The notes under the pieces are model-generated. The model saw only the letters and a list, made by a program, of their open reading frames with translations, was not told the DNA's origin and did not search any database. A program made the translations under genes and the position numbers. Below are positions 34,420 to 38,930 of a stretch of 38,930 nucleotides of DNA, piece by piece. This stretch comes from Octopus bimaculoides (Eukaryota), in contig NC_068984.1 in assembly GCF_001194135.2 (NCBI RefSeq), positions 9,828,675 through 9,867,604 on the forward strand. Direction: 5' to 3'. Every line of letters begins with the position of its first letter. Positions within the stretch are counted from its first letter, which is position 1.

Positions 34420-34580
34420 GTATAAAGAAGTGCTGATCACTGAAAGTGGATGGCATCTGTAGAAGAGGGAGACCCAGGAAGACATGGGATGAAGTGGTGA
34501 AGACCGAACTCAGGATGTTGGGCCTCATGGAGGAAATGACAATGGACTGAGATATCTGGCAATATGAGATTCTTGCGAAG
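34420..34580 (+). pseudogene. RTE RT C-terminal fragment
   Basis: KKC*SLKVDGICRRGRPRKTWDEVVKTELRMLGLMEEMTMD*DIWQY. Confidence 0.8.
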
Positions 34581-34629
34581 ATCTGCCCACTTCAGCAAAA
34601 CTGAGTTCTAGAAGCACTGTGTCTTCCAC

Positions 34630-35140
34630 CCACACATAACAAGAAAACTTTTCACACACCCCACCACAACAGACCAAACTACATTTCTCCTCTCCTCTTC
34701 CTCACATTTCCTCCTTCATAAAATATGCCTACCTCTCACTTCCCAATCCTGTCCTCACGGCCCTGTTTCTCTGTATCATTGCTATCCAGTAGCCCCCACC
34801 CCACTCTATACCCAGGTTTGCACCACTCACTCCTCTCCTCCGCACTCTTTAATCCCACTTCTTTCGCAATATTCTGCCACTTATATTATGGCCTTCAAAC
34901 CTCAAATGTATGCCCTGGCACTTGCTACCATCGATATCTCTCTCTTCTTTTACTCAACCATCCCATTTATATTCTGATCCCCATCCCATGTGAGTATGCC
35001 CTGCACTTTGCCACCATCTCTATCCTGCTGTCTCCCACTCTCTCTCTCTCTCCTTCTCCTGCACTTCCCTCAGGTTGGTTAACTATGTATCTCCTTTGCA
35101 GTAGCACACCTGTTTCTGTCTTCATTCCTTCCTTCTCTTC

Positions 35141-35191
<51 letters not shown>

Positions 35192-35640
35192 CGGCCAGGT
35201 AACCTTGTACCTCCTCTATAGGAAGACACCTGTTTCTGTCTCTCTGTCTCACTATAACCTTTCATCATCTGACACAAGATCACCTTCTCCAATGCCCTCT
35301 CCCCTCCCAAAAGACTTTTTTGTCTTGCAGGTTACTTGGTGACCCTGTCAGTGCCGGTGCCACTTAAAAAGCATCCAGTCCACACTGTAAAGTGGTTGGT
35401 ATTTGGAAGGGTATCCAGCTGTAAAAACCTTGCCAAAACTGACCTCGCCTGTACTTGTGCCACGTAAAAAGCACTAAGTCCACTCTGCTGGGTGGGTGGT
35501 GTTAGGAAGGACATCCAGCTGTAAAAATCCTGCCAAAACAGTTGCAGAAGTCCTGTGCAGGCTTCTGCCTGGCTGGCTCCTGTCAAACCATCCCACCCAT
35601 GCTGACATGGAAGGCGAACATTAAACAATGATGATGATGA
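34630..35640 (+). mobile_element. Long non-autonomous element: pyrimidine-rich body plus duplicated RTE terminal block
   Basis: Ends ttaaacaatgatgatgatg. Its last ~450 bp match 28530-28990 (minus) and more distantly 16170-16530 (plus) and 19440-19760 (minus). Confidence 0.65.
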
Positions 35641-36716
35641 TGTCCTTAAATTTCATAAAATCCACCCCCACCTACCCGTTCAATTTATTGATGTTCTTTA
35701 TTTACATATACTCTCTGATACTCAATGACTCGCCTGTTCTCTTTATGTTACTCTCTAATCCATACTCCCTTCTTTTTCGACTGGAGTACTCATGTATCTA
35801 CTCTGCAGCTGGACACAAATCCCCGTCCCTCTGTACTTCTAATCCCTCTTAAATGGCACAAAGCCCCACCCTCTTCACTACTACTTCCTCCTCCCAGCTG
35901 AGGGTTTGTTTTTTTGTTTTGCAAGCTACTCAGTGTCCTTGTAGCTTGCACTAGTGATGGTGCATGTAAAATGCACCCGGTACACTCTGTAAAATGGTTG
36001 GCATTAGGAAGGGCATCCAGCTGTAGAAACCATGCCAAAACAGACAATTGGAGCCTGGTACAGCCCTGCGCCCCCAGTATGCCAGCTCCTGTCAAACCAT
36101 CCGATCCATGCCAGCATGAAAAACTGATGTTAAAATGATGATACTCATCATCATCATCATCGTTAAACGTCTGCTTTCCATGCTAGCATGGGTTGGTCGA
36201 TTTGACTGAGGGCTGGCAAGCCAGAAAGCTGCACCAGGCTCCAATCTGATCTGGCAAGGTTTCTACAGCTGGATGTCCTTCCTAACACTAACCACTCCGA
36301 GAGTGTAGTGGGTGCTTTTATGTGCCACCGGCACGAGGGCCAGTCACACGATACTGGTAACGGCCACGCTTAAAAAAGTGTTTTTTTACGTGCCACCTGC
36401 ACAGAAGCCAGTCCAGCGGCACTGGCAACGACCTCGCTTGAATGATTTTCTAACGTGTCACCAGCACAAGTGCTAGAAGGCAACGCTGGTAACGATTACG
36501 CTAAAATGGTGCTATTTACGGGCCACCAGCACAGAAGCCAGACAGCTGCTCTGGCAATGAACACGCTCGAAAGAGCAGCTGTCTGGCTTGCGTGCTAGTG
36601 GCCCGTGTAAAATTTAATTCTCTTTTGTATATTTCTTCCTTGTGGTAATAAACCTGTTTCAGATTTAGTTCCGAGTATTTTAAAAGCTGTCATTGTTGTT
36701 CTTTCTATTTTAAAAG

Positions 36717-36789
36717 ATACCTGGGTGTGATGACGAAGAAGCAGTTCGTATTTTTGTTGAATTCGAAAGAGTCGAGTCAGCCATAAAAG
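36717..36789 (+). CDS. RBM17: RBM17 coding exon 11, UHM (IPGCDDEEAVRIFVEFERVESAIK)
   Basis: Acceptor ctttctattttaaaag ends at 36716, donor GTATTG at 36790. Contains EAVRIFVEFERVESAIK. Confidence 0.96.
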
Positions 36790-37010
36790 GTATTGTATGT
36801 TTGTTTGATGTTAATATGGGAGACATTCGAACTGTTTAAGGGTGTAACTGATTGTGTTAGGTGTGGAATGGAATTACGGAGAGAGGTTAGTCGAATAGAC
36901 ATGACCATAGCAAATATCTGTCTTTTGGTAGGGATTAACACCTTTACTTATGGTTTATCCTGAAGACTTGCAGAATGTGAAATTGACTAGAGGCCAAAGG
37001 CCCACTTTAA

Positions 37011-37229
37011 CCTTTTAATGTTTGAGCCATCCAGATCTGGTCCAAATATTCCAGGTCTGGTCCCATTTATGTGCAGACTGGCCAAATCTGGCCTCTCATA
37101 CTTACCATACAATGTTACAATGTTATTCTTAAAATGTACAATCACATCATTGAAATCTCAGAAGTACCAAATAATGCATGATTAATTCAAAAGCATTACA
37201 TTGGACAGAATAATCTGGATGCTAAAGGG
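37011..37229 (-). mobile_element. piggyBac-like MITE, same family as 19914-20394, opposite orientation
   Basis: TTAA-CCTTTTAA...CTAAAGGG. Its reverse complement matches the 19914 copy (gcattat..tgagatttcaa..atgtgattgt..gagag.ccagat.tggc). Confidence 0.65.
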
Positions 37230-37821
37230 CTTCTTTCAGTTTCCGTCTACCAAATCCACTCACAAGGCTTTGGTCGGCCTGAGGCTATAGTAGAAGACAC
37301 TTGCCCAAGATGCTACGTAGTGGGACTGAACACGGAACCATGTGGTTCGTAAGCAAGCTACTTACCACACAGCCACTCTTACACCTTTATGTACAGGTAT
37401 AGTTGTACACGTAAACTTTTCCCTTCCTAACTGCATGGATGTAAGCTTAGTTCCATTGCACAGCATCTTGAGAAAGCATCTTTCGTAGTCGTGTTGGATC
37501 TTGGATTGGCTAGTATCTGGAAAAATGGAGATTGTTCTGAAGCCTGACAGGAGCGATGATGTCAGTTCCTTATCAACAAACTTTCCAATGGCTTTGCACT
37601 TTTGTGGATGTGGAATAAGCAATCCCTTACTTGAAAATCAAGCAAAGGGCTTGCAACAGGAAGGGTATTTGGCTGCTTACCAATCCCTTGATATTTTTCT
37701 GACCCTTGTGAGCACAAATCATAAAATGATGGATATAAAAGCTAAACAAAAATAATACTTGTGTCTAGTTTAAACTCAATTTACCAGAAATTTAATTTCC
37801 ATCTGAATTATTTTAGTGTTT

Positions 37822-38142
37822 AATATTCTTTTTTCTACTCTAGGCTCAAGACCCAAAATTTTTGGGGAGGGGCCAGTTGATTAGATCGACTCCCCAGTAT
37901 GCAACTGGTACTTAATTTATCGACCCTAAAAGGATAAAAGGCAAAGTTGACCTTGGTGAAATTTGAACTCAGAACGTAAAACTAGTAATGAGTATTCTTT
38001 TCTACTCTAGGCACAAGGCTTGAAATTTTTGGGGAGGGGGCCAGTTGATTAGATTGACACCAGTATGCAACTGGTACTTAATTTATTGACCCCGAAAGGA
38101 TAAAAGGCAAAGTCGAGTTTGGCGGAATTTGAACTCAGAATG
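37822..38142 (-). mobile_element. Two tandem family-B SINE fragments just upstream of the last RBM17 exon
   Basis: ttcttttctactctagg...gggccagttgattagat..ctggtacttaattta..aaaggataaaaggcaaagt..gaatttgaactcagaa is repeated twice. Confidence 0.75.
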
Positions 38143-38194
38143 TAAAGAGAGATGAAATTTTGGTGTTTAATATTGTTTTTCTCTCTGTTTTCAG

Positions 38195-38304
38195 CTGTTG
38201 TTGACTTGAATGGTCGATATTTTGGTGGACGAGTCGTAAAAGCCAGTTTTTATAATCTTGACAAATTTCGACAGTATGATCTTGCCGAAGAACAAGAGTT
38301 TTGA
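38195..38304 (+). CDS. RBM17: RBM17 last coding exon (AVVDLNGRYFGGRVVKASFYNLDKFRQYDLAEEQEF*)
   Basis: Acceptor ctctctgttttcag ends at 38194. Contains the UHM R-x-F motif (RYF). TGA at 38302-38304. Confidence 0.97.
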
Positions 38305-38753
38305 AGTTTGGTGGAGTATTCAATCGGTTAAGTGTGCCATGCATGTTCCTCCCATAACATCCAGCTTCATTTGGAATGAAGAGACCACCAGAAGAACAGA
38401 TGAAAAGAAAAAGAAAAAAAAAAAAATCCAATGAAAGATAAAAAAAGGGTAATTGAAATTATAGCAAAAAATGGACTTGTTGGACTTAATGTGCAGTTAG
38501 GTGCATGTCTTAATGTGCAACCTGGTGCATGATTAATCCCATCTGCTTGAACAAGCCTCAAGATATAACATCAGTCTAACTGCATGTTCTTACATTATGT
38601 GCAGCTATTTGGTTTTTTTTTTATTATTAAAAAACATCCTTCATCTACATCAATAGGCAATCAATACTTCATATATTTATCATTTTTCATCATCCTCTCT
38701 TCCTCTCTCTCTCTGTCTCTCCTCCCCTCTCTATACATGTTAACTCATTACCC

Positions 38754-38796
<43 letters not shown>

Positions 38797-38854
38797 TTAC
38801 ACATGCACATACACACTCATGCTCTCATATATTTTCTGAAATTGGAAAAACATA

Positions 38855-38869
38855 AATAAAATAAATAAA
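38855..38869 (+). other. Candidate polyadenylation signals of RBM17
   Basis: Overlapping AATAAA hexamers about 550 nt after the stop. The context is AT-rich, so they may be chance. Confidence 0.35.
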
Positions 38870-38930
38870 ATATACTACAAAAAACAATCAAAATTTCAAG
38901 CATCTCTCTTCATTGTTTTATTCAATTTGT

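Larger units (their letters stand above)
20470..38304 (+). other. RBM17: RBM17/SPF45 gene, coding span (12 coding exons, 1242 nt including stop, 413 aa)
   Basis: Exons were joined by hand using GT-AG sites with consistent phases. The product begins MSLYD and contains KLLHSQLQAKK, APVVDLKR, DEYDPLRPNEYE, a G-patch (KIMAKYGYKEGQGLGKQEQG) and a UHM ending VVDLNGRYFGGRVVKASFYNLDKF. All are recognisable SPF45 segments in the expected order. Confidence 0.97.

Noticed and set aside
20470-38304. U12-type introns or A-to-I recoding sites in RBM17
   Set aside because: No donor matches GTATCCTT or ATATCCTT. Editing cannot be seen from genomic sequence alone.

Overview
AT-rich animal genomic DNA with many N gaps, densely filled with microsatellites and interspersed repeats. 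The repeat families look like those of octopus/coleoid cephalopods; this is an inference from recalled SINE/LINE sequences, not a database hit. The only protein gene I can support is RBM17/SPF45 on the + strand. It has 12 coding exons (20470-38304), all introns are GT-AG with consistent phases, and it encodes about 413 aa (383 aa if a second in-frame acceptor in exon 5 is used) with the SPF45 motif, G-patch and C-terminal UHM. The rest is mostly mobile DNA: many 5'-truncated RTE-LINE 3' ends with (GAT)n tails and a ~65-bp minisatellite, several tRNA-derived SINE families, an R4/Dong-like endonuclease remnant, a CCHC zinc-knuckle retroelement fragment, piggyBac-like and Tc1/mariner-like MITEs, a Helitron-like element and a possible solo LTR. 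The most unusual items are (i) an inverted pair of SINE/Penelope-like tails carrying minimal hammerhead ribozyme cores (4382-4889), (ii) three ~180-bp-spaced units at 5689-6175, two of which show compensatory base changes and H/ACA-RNA-like architecture, (iii) a 30-aa polyproline segment in RBM17 between two in-frame acceptors, and (iv) inverted repeat pairs in RBM17 introns that could form dsRNA. No CRISPR array, rRNA or intact tRNA gene was found. Almost all entries in the ORF track are artefacts of repeats or gaps.
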